Shown: in pieces, positions 54,641 through 63,670 of the stretch
Layout: each line of letters opens with the position of its first letter
Position numbering within the stretch: position 1 is the stretch's first letter
DNA from: an uncultured Clostridia bacterium
GTDB lineage: Bacteria; Bacillota; Clostridia; Christensenellales; UBA1242
Assembly: GCA_947062475.1 (NCBI GenBank)
Contig: CAMSQA010000004.1
Location: forward strand, 12,793-76,792
Length of the DNA: 64,000 nt
Reading direction: 5' to 3'
The notes under the pieces: generated by a model
Seen by the model: only the letters and a program-made list of their open reading frames with translations
Database searches by the model: none
Told to the model about the DNA's origin: nothing
Program-made: the position numbers and the translations under genes

Positions 54641-55795
54641 ATGTATATTCTTTATCTTCTTCTTGCAATAGTTATCCTGCTTTTAATGGTTCTCGTTCAT
54701 GAATTTGGACATTATATTGTTGGAAGAATGCTGAATTTTAAAATAACTGAGTTTTCTGTAGGGTTTGGTAAAGCCCTATTTTCTCGTAGGAATAAAAGGG
54801 GAGAATTGATCTCATTAAGACTTTTCCCTTTGGGTGGTTATTGTGCTTTTGCAGGTGAGGATGAAATTGACGAAAAAAATAAGGATGCTTTTACAAATCA
54901 GAAGGCTTGGAAAAGAATTTTTGTTTTTCTTGCTGGGGTTTCTTTCAACTTTGCATTCGCTGTATTTTTTTCTTTTATTCTCTTATGCACTATCGGTTAT
55001 GATATCCCACAAGTAAATTCTGTAATTCTTCCAGAAAATATGGTTCAAGAATATCAAATAAAAAATGTATTAGAAGGTGCTGAAATAGAAGGGCACTCTT
55101 TGGAGGCTAATCAAACTATACAAGCGGGTGATGTTGTTATTTCAATAGATGGCAAAAAAATAGATTTTGCTTATGGAATTTCTTATCAACAATATCTAGA
55201 TGAAAAGATAGAATTTTTTGAAAAGAGTAATGATAACTTTGAAAATTATTCCATAGTTGATGCTGTTGTTCGACGAGGAGATAAATATGAAAATATAAAA
55301 ATAGGATTTTATCGAATTGAAGTCAAAAATGTTGATAAAAACAACAAACCTATAGAAGGTTCTCATTATGTATATTGCAGTAATATGAATGCAAAAGCTT
55401 ATGTTTTCTCTGTAGGTGAAGCTCTTGAAAGAGCTGTTCCTTTCACGATGGGACTTGGTTGGACAGTGCTTAAAAGTCTTTGGCTGCTAATCACTTTCCA
55501 GTTGCCTATTTCTGACATTGGTGGGCCTATAACAACAATTGCTACCATTGCCAATTTTACCCAAATGAGTGCAATGAATTTGCTTATTTTAATTCCTTTA
55601 ATATCTGCGAATCTTGCGGTATTCAATCTTTTGCCAATACCTGCTCTTGATGGAGCCCATGTTGTTTTCACGACTATTGAAGCTATCAGAAAAAAGCCGA
55701 TAAAAAGAGAGATTGAAAATATGGTTCATACAATTGGATTATTCGTTTTATTTGGGGCTGTAATTTTAATTGACATTCTGCATTTTCTGTTATAA
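54641..55795 (+). CDS. rseP: RIP metalloprotease RseP/RasP (M50, PDZ-containing)
   Basis: HEFGHYIVGR in TM1, LFPLGGYC, a central PDZ-like insert, and NLLPIPALDGAH. Confidence 0.88.
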   Translation: MYILYLLLAIVILLLMVLVHEFGHYIVGRMLNFKITEFSVGFGKALFSRRNKRGELISLRLFPLGGYCAFAGEDEIDEKNKDAFTNQKAWKRIFVFLAGVSFNFAFAVFFSFILLCTIGYDIPQVNSVILPENMVQEYQIKNVLEGAEIEGHSLEANQTIQAGDVVISIDGKKIDFAYGISYQQYLDEKIEFFEKSNDNFENYSIVDAVVRRGDKYENIKIGFYRIEVKNVDKNNKPIEGSHYVYCSNMNAKAYVFSVGEALERAVPFTMGLGWTVLKSLWLLITFQLPISDIGGPITTIATIANFTQMSAMNLLILIPLISANLAVFNLLPIPALDGAHVVFTTIEAIRKKPIKREIENMVHTIGLFVLFGAVILIDILHFLL

Positions 55796-55804
55796 AATAT
55801 AATT

Positions 55805-57352
55805 ATGGTTGATACATTAGAAAAATTAAATGAGAAATATGATAAAAAATTTAATTTTCTTAAAATTTTAAGTGTGGTGTTTGATGAGGAAGCCCTTCAA
55901 ACTACCATCACTTTTTTATATCCTTATAAAATTGAGGAAATATCAAAAGAAGATAGAGAAATTATCTATAATTACTATAAAGATTATTTAAATCTTAAAT
56001 GTGATTTGAAATTAAAATTTAAAAGAAGTTTTTTAGATGATAGGCTTATAATTGATGAAATTATTGATTACTTAAAATATAATAAAAAAGCTATATTTCC
56101 TTATATAAACACCGATAATATAGCATCTTATTATAATGATCAAGATGTTTTTGTTTCGTTAAATTTAAACCAAGATATATTATCAATGATCGATGAACTT
56201 GAATTTGCAAATTCACTTAAATCTTATCTTGAAAAAAAATTTATTGCAAACGTGAAGATTGATATAAAGGAAAATGATGAAACTTTGCCAGAAAATATCG
56301 ATTTCGAAGATATTCTTCCTCATAAGCTTGAAAAAACTAAACGATATGAAGTTAAAATTGAAAAGAAGGTGATAGGCGGGGATATAATGCCAAAGCCAGA
56401 ATATATATCAAATATCAAATCGCCAAAGGCAGCTGTCATTCTTGCAGGAGTTTTAAGCAATAAAAATAGAAAAACTTTTATACAAAAAAAAGGTAAAAAT
56501 GCAGGAAAAGAGAAGTCGCTTTATACATTCACTCTAAAAGATAAGGATGCAGGAAGCATTGAATGCGTTTATTTCTGTCCAAAAACACATGAAAAAGATA
56601 TGGAAGCTCTTGATGATCTTTTTATGATAATTTGCTTGGGCGATATTAAACATGGAATAAATGGAAAACTAACTTACTATATTCAGAAAATTTCTATTGC
56701 TTCACCTATTGATCTTATTAAACAGAATTTTGAAATGCTTAATGAAAATAAATTTGAGCATACAAAAGTTGTTTTTCCAGATATAATTCCAAGAAATCAA
56801 CAAGCAAATTTGTTTGAAGTAAAAGCACGTTATAATGATTTTATAATGAAAAATAATATTGTTGTTTTTGATATTGAAACGACAGGATTAGACCCTGAAA
56901 TTTGCGAAATTACCGAAATAGGAGCAGTTAAAATAGAAAAAGGTGAAATTACAGAAAGATTTTCAAGTTTTGCTAAAACCAAATATCCTATCCCTGAAGA
57001 GGTGCAAAAAATCACTCATATTACAGATGATATGGTAAAATATGCTCCAAGAATTGAAGATGTTGTTTATGATTTTTATGAGTGGAGTAAGGATTGCATT
57101 ATAAGTGGATATAATATTATAGGATTTGATATGAAGTTTATAAACAAAGTTGCAAAACAGATTAATATCAAGTTTGACAATGAAATTATTGATACATATA
57201 TTGTGGCAAGACAATCTTCTTTGAGGACTACAAATTATAAACTTGGCACTGTGGTTAAAGCTTTGGGCTTGATACTCAATGATGCACATCGTGCATATAA
57301 TGATGCATATGCCACAGCTCAAGTATTAATGGAACTTAACAAATCAAAATAG
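55805..57352 (+). CDS. PolC-N-terminal-like / OB-fold-like / DEDDh 3'-5' exonuclease protein (515 aa)
   Basis: Exo I VVFDIETTGL, Exo II YNIIGFDMKF and Exo III HRAYNDAYATAQV lie in the last ~170 aa. An OB-like segment precedes them (AVILAGVLSNKNRKTF..YTFTLKDKDAGSIECVYF..). The gene occupies the polC position before rimP. Confidence 0.75.
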   Translation: MVDTLEKLNEKYDKKFNFLKILSVVFDEEALQTTITFLYPYKIEEISKEDREIIYNYYKDYLNLKCDLKLKFKRSFLDDRLIIDEIIDYLKYNKKAIFPYINTDNIASYYNDQDVFVSLNLNQDILSMIDELEFANSLKSYLEKKFIANVKIDIKENDETLPENIDFEDILPHKLEKTKRYEVKIEKKVIGGDIMPKPEYISNIKSPKAAVILAGVLSNKNRKTFIQKKGKNAGKEKSLYTFTLKDKDAGSIECVYFCPKTHEKDMEALDDLFMIICLGDIKHGINGKLTYYIQKISIASPIDLIKQNFEMLNENKFEHTKVVFPDIIPRNQQANLFEVKARYNDFIMKNNIVVFDIETTGLDPEICEITEIGAVKIEKGEITERFSSFAKTKYPIPEEVQKITHITDDMVKYAPRIEDVVYDFYEWSKDCIISGYNIIGFDMKFINKVAKQINIKFDNEIIDTYIVARQSSLRTTNYKLGTVVKALGLILNDAHRAYNDAYATAQVLMELNKSK

Positions 57353-57398
57353 CTTTTAAAAATATTTTTAATAAATATAATATTTTTCTGAATATTGC

Positions 57399-57427
57399 TT
57401 GATTTAGGTTAAAATTTTTGTTATAAT
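57399..57427 (+). promoter_or_regulatory. Sigma-A-type extended -10 promoter of the rimP-nusA-infB operon
   Basis: TTGATT (57399-57404), 17-nt spacer, TGtTATAAT (-10 at 57422-57427). Confidence 0.55.
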
Positions 57428-57447
57428 ATATCTATACTTGAGGTTTT

Positions 57448-57476
57448 GAGGAGCGTGCAAAATTGCATCGCTCCTC
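57448..57476 (+). promoter_or_regulatory. Stable leader hairpin in the rimP-nusA 5' UTR
   Basis: gaggagcgtgca-aaat-tgca(t)cgctcctc gives a 12-bp stem with one bulge. No T-run follows directly. Confidence 0.35.
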
Positions 57477-57502
57477 ACTTCGTAAAAAGGGAGGGAAAAA
57501 AG

Positions 57503-57991
57503 TTGGCAAGTAAAGTCAAATCTATTTGTGAAGAAAAGGTTTCACCAGTGATTGAAAATTTAGGATATGAAGTCATAGAAGTGGAATATGCAAAAAAATC
57601 AGATGGAATGAACTTAACATTCTATATCGATAAGGAAGAGGGTATTAAAATTGAAGATTGTGAAAAAGTCACAAAAGCTATTAATGATTTACTAGATGAA
57701 TTAAATCCAACAGATGACCAACCATATATCTTGAATGTAAGTTCGCCTGGTATTGATAGACCTTTAAAAACCGAACGCGATTTTATCCGAAATCAAGGAA
57801 AAAAGATTTCAATAACACTTTTTGCAAAGCAAGATGGAAAAAAGAATTTTGAAGGTAAATTGATTGGTTTTAATGAAAAAAATATCACTATTGAATTAAA
57901 TGGAAAACAAATTTCATTTGAAAAAGAAAAAATTGCACACATTGTGCCAGTAATTGATTTAAATCAAAATAAAGGAGAAAAAAATGATTAA
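57503..57991 (+). CDS. rimP: Ribosome maturation factor RimP
   Basis: TTG 57503 lies 6 nt after aaagggaggg. Sequence: ..VSPVIENLGYEVIEVEY.., LNVSSPGIDRPLK. The ORF-track start 57446 falls inside the leader hairpin. Confidence 0.88.
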   Translation: MASKVKSICEEKVSPVIENLGYEVIEVEYAKKSDGMNLTFYIDKEEGIKIEDCEKVTKAINDLLDELNPTDDQPYILNVSSPGIDRPLKTERDFIRNQGKKISITLFAKQDGKKNFEGKLIGFNEKNITIELNGKQISFEKEKIAHIVPVIDLNQNKGEKND

Positions 57992-59150
57992 TAAAGATTT
58001 CTTTCAAGCACTTGAAGATTTAGAAGCAGAGAAAAAAATTGATAAAGATACATTTATTACCACACTTGAAACAGCATTGACTTCAGCATACAAAAAAATG
58101 TATGGCGAAGCAAAATCCGCTATGGTAAAATTAAATCCAGAAAAAGCAACTATCAGAATTTATTCTTATAAAACAGTTGTAAACGAAGTTGAAGATTCTG
58201 ATAAAGAAATTTCTTTAGCAGAAGCAAGATTGATAAAAAAATCACATAAATTAGGCGATGTTGTTTTGGCTGAAGAATCTACAAAGGATTTTGGAAGAAT
58301 TGCCGCACAAACAGCAAAACAGGTAGTAATGCAAAAACTTAAAGAACTTGAAAGGTCTATGGCTTTATCTGAACTTTCTGAAAAGGAAGATGAACTTTTG
58401 ACAACTATAGTCAAAAGAATTGATAATGGCACTATTTATGTTCAGTTATCAAATACACACACAGAAGGTGTGATGCTTCCATCAGATCAAATTCCTAATG
58501 AGAAATTTAATATTGGAGACAGAGTAAAAGTTTACGTAAAGAAGATTAAAGATAGTTTTAAAGGAACTCAAATTCAAGTTACCAGAAGCAATGTTGGTTT
58601 TGTAAGAAAATTATTTGAACTTGAAATTCCTGAAGTTGCAAACGGAGATGTCAAAATCAAAAATATTGCAAGAGACGCTGGAAATAGAACAAAAGTTGCC
58701 ATTTATACAGAAAAGGCAAATATTGATCCTATAGGAACTTGTGTTGGTTTTCATGGACAGAGAATTGATACAATTTCATCTGAAATCAATGGTGAAAAAA
58801 TTGATCTCATTGAGTATAGCGATGATCCACTTGAATTTATTGCAAAAGCTTTAAGTCCAGCACAAGTTATTAGTGTCGAAACAAATGAAAGTTTGCATTC
58901 TTCAAGAGTAATTGTTCCTGATGATAAATTATCGTTGGCAATCGGCAAAAATGGTCAAAATGTTCGTCTGGCTGCAAGACTTACTGGATGGAAAATAGAA
59001 GTTAAGCCTCTCAGTTCTATCAGCACACAAAACGAAGTGAAAGAACCTGAATATGAATTGACTGAACTTAATGATGATGATGCTTTCCAAGGACTAAATG
59101 ACTTTGATTCACTTGAAGAAATTGCTCCTTTCGAGGATGATGAAAACTAA
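57984..59150 (+). CDS. nusA: Transcription termination/antitermination factor NusA
   Basis: N-terminal domain, S1 domain (GDVVLAEE..), and KH1/KH2 (ARDAGNRTKVAI.., LAIGKNGQNVRLAARLTGWKIEV). Confidence 0.95.
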   Translation: MINKDFFQALEDLEAEKKIDKDTFITTLETALTSAYKKMYGEAKSAMVKLNPEKATIRIYSYKTVVNEVEDSDKEISLAEARLIKKSHKLGDVVLAEESTKDFGRIAAQTAKQVVMQKLKELERSMALSELSEKEDELLTTIVKRIDNGTIYVQLSNTHTEGVMLPSDQIPNEKFNIGDRVKVYVKKIKDSFKGTQIQVTRSNVGFVRKLFELEIPEVANGDVKIKNIARDAGNRTKVAIYTEKANIDPIGTCVGFHGQRIDTISSEINGEKIDLIEYSDDPLEFIAKALSPAQVISVETNESLHSSRVIVPDDKLSLAIGKNGQNVRLAARLTGWKIEVKPLSSISTQNEVKEPEYELTELNDDDAFQGLNDFDSLEEIAPFEDDEN

Positions 59151-59165
59151 TATTAGGGATTTAAT

Positions 59166-59423
59166 ATGGAAAGAGAAAGAATGTGTATTGCTTGCAGACA
59201 AATGAAAGACAAAAAATCACTTTTGCGTATTGTTAAAAATAAAGAAAATAATATTTTTATCGATTTGACAGGAAAGCAAAACGGAAGAGGAGCATATGTT
59301 TGCAAAGACAACGAATGTCTTAATAAATTAAAAAAACAAAAAGCACTTAACAAAACTTTTAAAATGAATGTCAGTGAGGATGTTTATAAACAAATAGAGG
59401 AGGTTTTGCTTGGAAATAAGTAA
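59166..59423 (+). CDS. ylxR: YlxR/RnpM family RNA-binding protein (DUF448)
   Basis: RMCIACRQMKDKKSLLRIV and GRGAYVC motifs. Canonical position after nusA. Confidence 0.85.
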   Translation: MERERMCIACRQMKDKKSLLRIVKNKENNIFIDLTGKQNGRGAYVCKDNECLNKLKKQKALNKTFKMNVSEDVYKQIEEVLLGNK

Positions 59424-59697
59424 AATACAAGGTTATTTAAATATCTCTCATAAAGCTGGATATCTTATAATAGGTAGTGATGCTTTAAAAGATTATCATA
59501 AAAAGTTATTTCTTGTTTTATATGACAAGAGTGCTCAAAAAAATACCTTAAAGGTTGTTCAGCGTATAAAAGAAATGGGTATTCCTTCTTTTGAAGTTGA
59601 CAACTTGGAAGAACTTACCTCAATTAAGAAATGTAAAATAATCGGAATAAAAAATAAAAACTTAAGTGATTTAATTTTTAAATTACTTAATGACTAA
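59410..59697 (+). CDS. ylxQ: L7Ae/YlxQ family ribosomal-protein-like RNA-binding protein
   Basis: TTG start 7 nt after gaggagg. Sequence ..LNISHKAGYLIIGSDALKDY... Canonical position between ylxR and infB. Confidence 0.72.
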   Translation: MEISKIQGYLNISHKAGYLIIGSDALKDYHKKLFLVLYDKSAQKNTLKVVQRIKEMGIPSFEVDNLEELTSIKKCKIIGIKNKNLSDLIFKLLND

Positions 59698-62293
59698 GGA
59701 GTTTATATTGGCAAATCAAGCACTAGAAAATTTAAGAAAAATTCATGATTTACAAAAAGAAGGTGAAATTTCAAAAATTTTACTATCTTTAAGAGAGTCA
59801 AAAGGACAGGTTCAAAATCTAGGAAATAGAATTTCGAAAAGGCTAAAAGAAATCGAGATTGAAAACCTTAAAAAAGAAAAAGAAATAGAAAAAAATCAAG
59901 AAGCAATTGCTCAACCACAAAGAAAAGAAGTTGAGCCTATTTCTGTATCTGAAAATACAGTTACAAATACAAAAATACGCAAATTTGACAATAACTCCAA
60001 TAATAATTTTAGGAATAACAATAATAGGACATATAATAATTCTGCAAATAATGGTTTTGTTGGAAATAGACAAAACAGCAATAAATACAATAATCAAAAT
60101 GGTTTTAATCGAAATGACAGACCAAACTTTAGACAGCAAAATGGTGAAGGTCGAGGGAATTTTAATGGAAACAATAGAGATTTTAATAAGCCATTTAATA
60201 ATGCTGGCAAGCCTAATTTCCAAGATAAAAAACCAAGAAATAATAATTTTGTGTCATCGAAGGGCAATAGTTTCCGTTCTTTTGCTTCAAACAACAATGA
60301 AATGCCAGAAATGGATTTAAAAAATGAACGTAATTATGCCAATAAAGCAAAATATGCTCAAAAGCATAGCAGCAGCAATTATGAAGAGAAAAGAAATCAA
60401 AATAGAAGGAAAGATGATCAGAAAAGAAGTAATATATTCTTTGAAGATGAAAATGGAATTGAAGAACTTACTTTTGGTTCTAAGAAAAGTGGCATAAAGA
60501 AAAAACGAGAGCAGGCAGAAAAAATTGTGACTGTTATTCAACATGCTATTCTTACTTCAAGAGAAATTACTGTCAAAGAATTTAGTGAAAAGATAGGCAA
60601 GCCAGTTACAGAAATTGTTAAAAAACTTATGTTGTTGGGAGTAATGGCTACCATAAACTCAAATATTGATTTTGATACAGCAGAACTGGTCGCAAGTGAT
60701 TTTGGAATTACTCTCGAGCTTAAAGCAGATAAATCATTTGAAGAAAAATTGATGGAAGAAGCTAAGATGGTAGACGATGAAGCAAAACTTGTAAAAAGAG
60801 CTCCTATTGTTGCAGTTATGGGTCACGTTGATCATGGTAAAACTTCTCTTCTTGATGCATTTAGAAAAACAAATGTAGTTGCTGGTGAAGCAGGTGGAAT
60901 TACTCAAAGTATTGGTGCTTATCAAATTGAATTTAATGGTGAAAAAATTACATTTATTGATACTCCTGGTCATGCTGCGTTCACCCAAATGAGAGCTAGA
61001 GGAGCTAAAGCAACAGATATAGCCATTCTTGTAGTCGCTGCAGATGATGGAGTTATGCCTCAAACAATAGAAGCTATTGATCATATTAAAGCAGCAGGTG
61101 TGCCAATCATCGTTGCAATAAATAAAATGGATAAACCTGAAGCAAATCCAGATAGAATTAAACAACAACTTGCAGATCATGAGATTTTACCTGAAGAATG
61201 GGGTGGTGACGCAATTTGTGTGCCAATTTCTGCTAAAATGGGAATGGGGCTTGATGATTTAAAACAAACAATTCTTTTAGTTAGCGAAATGCAAGAACTT
61301 CGTGCAAATCCTGATAAAATGGCTACAGCTGTTGTTATTGAAGCAGAACTTGATAAAAACAGAGGTCCTGTTGCTTCTGTCATTGTTCAAAATGGAACTC
61401 TTCATGTGGGCGATTCAATAATGTCTGGTATTACATTTGGAAAAGTAAGAGCAATGTTTGACGATAAGGGAAAACCAGTAAAAGTTGCAGGACCATCAAC
61501 TCCAGTCGCTATTTTAGGTTTCAACGAAGTGCCATCAGCTGGTGACCAAGTTTATGCCGTTGAAGAAACTCTTTCAAAACAGGTAATTCAGGAAAGAATA
61601 ACCAAAATTAAAAAAGAAAGAGCTGCTCAGTCCTCTGGTGTAACTCTTGATAACTTTATGAATCGTGTTCAAGAAGGCAATTTGAAAAATCTAAATATTA
61701 TTTTAAAAGCTGACACAATGGGATCTGTTGAAGCAATAAAAGCAACTCTTCTTGAAATAAGAAATGAAGAAGCTAAAGTTAATATCATTCATGCTGGTGC
61801 TGGTGCAGTCAATGAAAGTGATATTGTCCTTGCTCAAACTACAGGTTCTGTTATTATATGCTTTAATACAAAAACCACCGCTAAAGCTAAAAATATGGCA
61901 GATTCAATGAAGGTTGAACTCAAAGATTATAAAGTAATTTATGAAATTGTTGACGATATCACTGCAGCTATTACAGGGATGCTTAGCATTAAATATGAAG
62001 AACAATATATTGGTAGTGCAGAAATTCGTGTTGTATTTAAACTTTCAACTGCTGGAAAAGTTGCTGGAAGCTATGTAAAAGATGGTAAGGTTGCAAGAAA
62101 CTCTATAGCTGTTGTTAAACGTGGAAATGAAGAAATTGGCAAAACAGTTGTTGAATCTGTCAAGATAGTAAAAGATGAAAAAGCTGAAGTAGTAAAAGGC
62201 TTTGAATGTGGTATTAAGTTAAAAGATAATATAGATTTTAAAGAGGGCGATTCAATCGAATTTTTTGCAAAAGTTGCAATAAAAAGACAATAA
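59690..62293 (+). CDS. infB: Translation initiation factor IF-2
   Basis: G-domain VAVMGHVDHGKTSLLD, DTPGHAAF and NKMD; C-terminal domains. In-frame TTG 59708, 7 nt after AAGGAG, is a plausible true start. The N-terminal region is Asn-rich and low complexity. Confidence 0.95.
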   Translation: MTKEFILANQALENLRKIHDLQKEGEISKILLSLRESKGQVQNLGNRISKRLKEIEIENLKKEKEIEKNQEAIAQPQRKEVEPISVSENTVTNTKIRKFDNNSNNNFRNNNNRTYNNSANNGFVGNRQNSNKYNNQNGFNRNDRPNFRQQNGEGRGNFNGNNRDFNKPFNNAGKPNFQDKKPRNNNFVSSKGNSFRSFASNNNEMPEMDLKNERNYANKAKYAQKHSSSNYEEKRNQNRRKDDQKRSNIFFEDENGIEELTFGSKKSGIKKKREQAEKIVTVIQHAILTSREITVKEFSEKIGKPVTEIVKKLMLLGVMATINSNIDFDTAELVASDFGITLELKADKSFEEKLMEEAKMVDDEAKLVKRAPIVAVMGHVDHGKTSLLDAFRKTNVVAGEAGGITQSIGAYQIEFNGEKITFIDTPGHAAFTQMRARGAKATDIAILVVAADDGVMPQTIEAIDHIKAAGVPIIVAINKMDKPEANPDRIKQQLADHEILPEEWGGDAICVPISAKMGMGLDDLKQTILLVSEMQELRANPDKMATAVVIEAELDKNRGPVASVIVQNGTLHVGDSIMSGITFGKVRAMFDDKGKPVKVAGPSTPVAILGFNEVPSAGDQVYAVEETLSKQVIQERITKIKKERAAQSSGVTLDNFMNRVQEGNLKNLNIILKADTMGSVEAIKATLLEIRNEEAKVNIIHAGAGAVNESDIVLAQTTGSVIICFNTKTTAKAKNMADSMKVELKDYKVIYEIVDDITAAITGMLSIKYEEQYIGSAEIRVVFKLSTAGKVAGSYVKDGKVARNSIAVVKRGNEEIGKTVVESVKIVKDEKAEVVKGFECGIKLKDNIDFKEGDSIEFFAKVAIKRQ

Positions 62294-62307
62294 AAAGGAG
62301 TAAGATT

Positions 62308-62661
62308 ATGTCAGTAAGATTTGATAGAGCAAATAGTGAACTTCAAAGATGTATTTCTGATATTATTCAAAATAAGATGAATGATCCTAGAATAGATCCA
62401 CTCTTATATATCAGTGAGGTCAATGTAACACCTGATTTTAGATATTGTAAAGTAAAAGTTGCTCTAGATTCTCAAAATGAAAACAATCTACAAGAGATAA
62501 TAAAAGTATTGGAAAAATCAGAAGGATTTATAAAAAGAGAACTTGCTGACATGGTCAATATGCCTCATATGCCAAAATTACAATTTGTAATTGATAAAGG
62601 CACACAAGCTACAGTTCGTATAAATGAGATTTTAAAAAATTTAAAAATTGAAGATAATTAG
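62308..62661 (+). CDS. rbfA: Ribosome-binding factor A
   Basis: RANSELQRCISDII.., ..VNVTPDFRYCKVKV.., PKLQFVIDK. RBS aaaggag. Confidence 0.92.
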   Translation: MSVRFDRANSELQRCISDIIQNKMNDPRIDPLLYISEVNVTPDFRYCKVKVALDSQNENNLQEIIKVLEKSEGFIKRELADMVNMPHMPKLQFVIDKGTQATVRINEILKNLKIEDN

Positions 62662-62674
62662 AAAGAGAAAAATT

Positions 62675-63655
62675 ATGAATAATATTAAAGAGATTGTTAA
62701 AATCATAAAAAAATCAAAATCGATTGCATTATTTACACATATTTCACCTGATTGTGATGCTTTAGGATCAACTTTTAGTCTAAGTTTAGCATTAAAAAAA
62801 TTGGGCAAAAATGTTCAAATTTTTATTAAAGATGACTTTACTGAAAATCAAAAGTTGCTTTTTGAAGAAGATCAAGTTTGTAAAGATGATTGTAATGTAA
62901 AAGATTTTGATCTTTTTATTTGTTGTGATGCTTCGGCTATAGAAAGATTAGGTGATTATAGTTATGTTTTTAATGAAAAAAATATGACCGTTGTTCTTGA
63001 TCACCATATTTGCAATAAGTATGTTGCTAACTTAAACTATATTGAAAGTGACAGTAGCTCTTGTTGTGAAGTCATTTTTAAGTTAATAACCAAATTAAAA
63101 GTCAAAATTGATAGTGAAATAGCAACTAAACTTTATGCAGGCTTATCAACTGATACTTCTTCTTTTGTCAACACAAACACCAATAAAAATTCATTTTTTG
63201 TTGCAAGCAAATTATGCAATGCAAATGCGAACCTCTCTTTAGTAAACCAATCTCTTTACCAAAGCAAATCATTGAGAAGTGTGGTCTTCAATAAATATCT
63301 AATTAATAATTTCAAATTAGAAGGTGAGTGTGCTTACATAGCAGTTTCAAAAAAGACTTTAGATGAATTACAGGGAGTAAAAAATGATTGTTCTGGATTT
63401 AGTAAATCTTTAGTCAAATATAAGGAAGTAAGTTATAGTTTTAGTTTAATTGAGGAAGAAGCAGGAACTTTCAGCTTGTCTATGCGATCAAAACTTAATT
63501 ACAATATACGAATAATTGCAGAAAAATTAGGTGGAGGTGGACATATATGTGCTGCTGGTGCAACTTTTAAGGCCAAAAATGTAGATCAAGCTGTCAAGAT
63601 GGTGCTTACTACTATCAAAGAAAATAAAGATTTAATGAAAATTAATTCTCAATAA
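62675..63655 (+). CDS. nrnA: DHH/DHHA1 family phosphoesterase (NrnA-like)
   Basis: HISPDCDALGS (DHH motif I/II region), DASA.., LDHH, and DHHA1 GGGGHICAAGA. Confidence 0.8.
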   Translation: MNNIKEIVKIIKKSKSIALFTHISPDCDALGSTFSLSLALKKLGKNVQIFIKDDFTENQKLLFEEDQVCKDDCNVKDFDLFICCDASAIERLGDYSYVFNEKNMTVVLDHHICNKYVANLNYIESDSSSCCEVIFKLITKLKVKIDSEIATKLYAGLSTDTSSFVNTNTNKNSFFVASKLCNANANLSLVNQSLYQSKSLRSVVFNKYLINNFKLEGECAYIAVSKKTLDELQGVKNDCSGFSKSLVKYKEVSYSFSLIEEEAGTFSLSMRSKLNYNIRIIAEKLGGGGHICAAGATFKAKNVDQAVKMVLTTIKENKDLMKINSQ

Positions 63656-63670
63656 ATTTATGGAGTGATA

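Noticed and set aside
59843-60320. 126-aa (minus) and 137-aa (plus) ORFs inside infB
   Set aside because: These are alternative-frame artefacts of the AAT/AAC-rich low-complexity stretch of IF-2.
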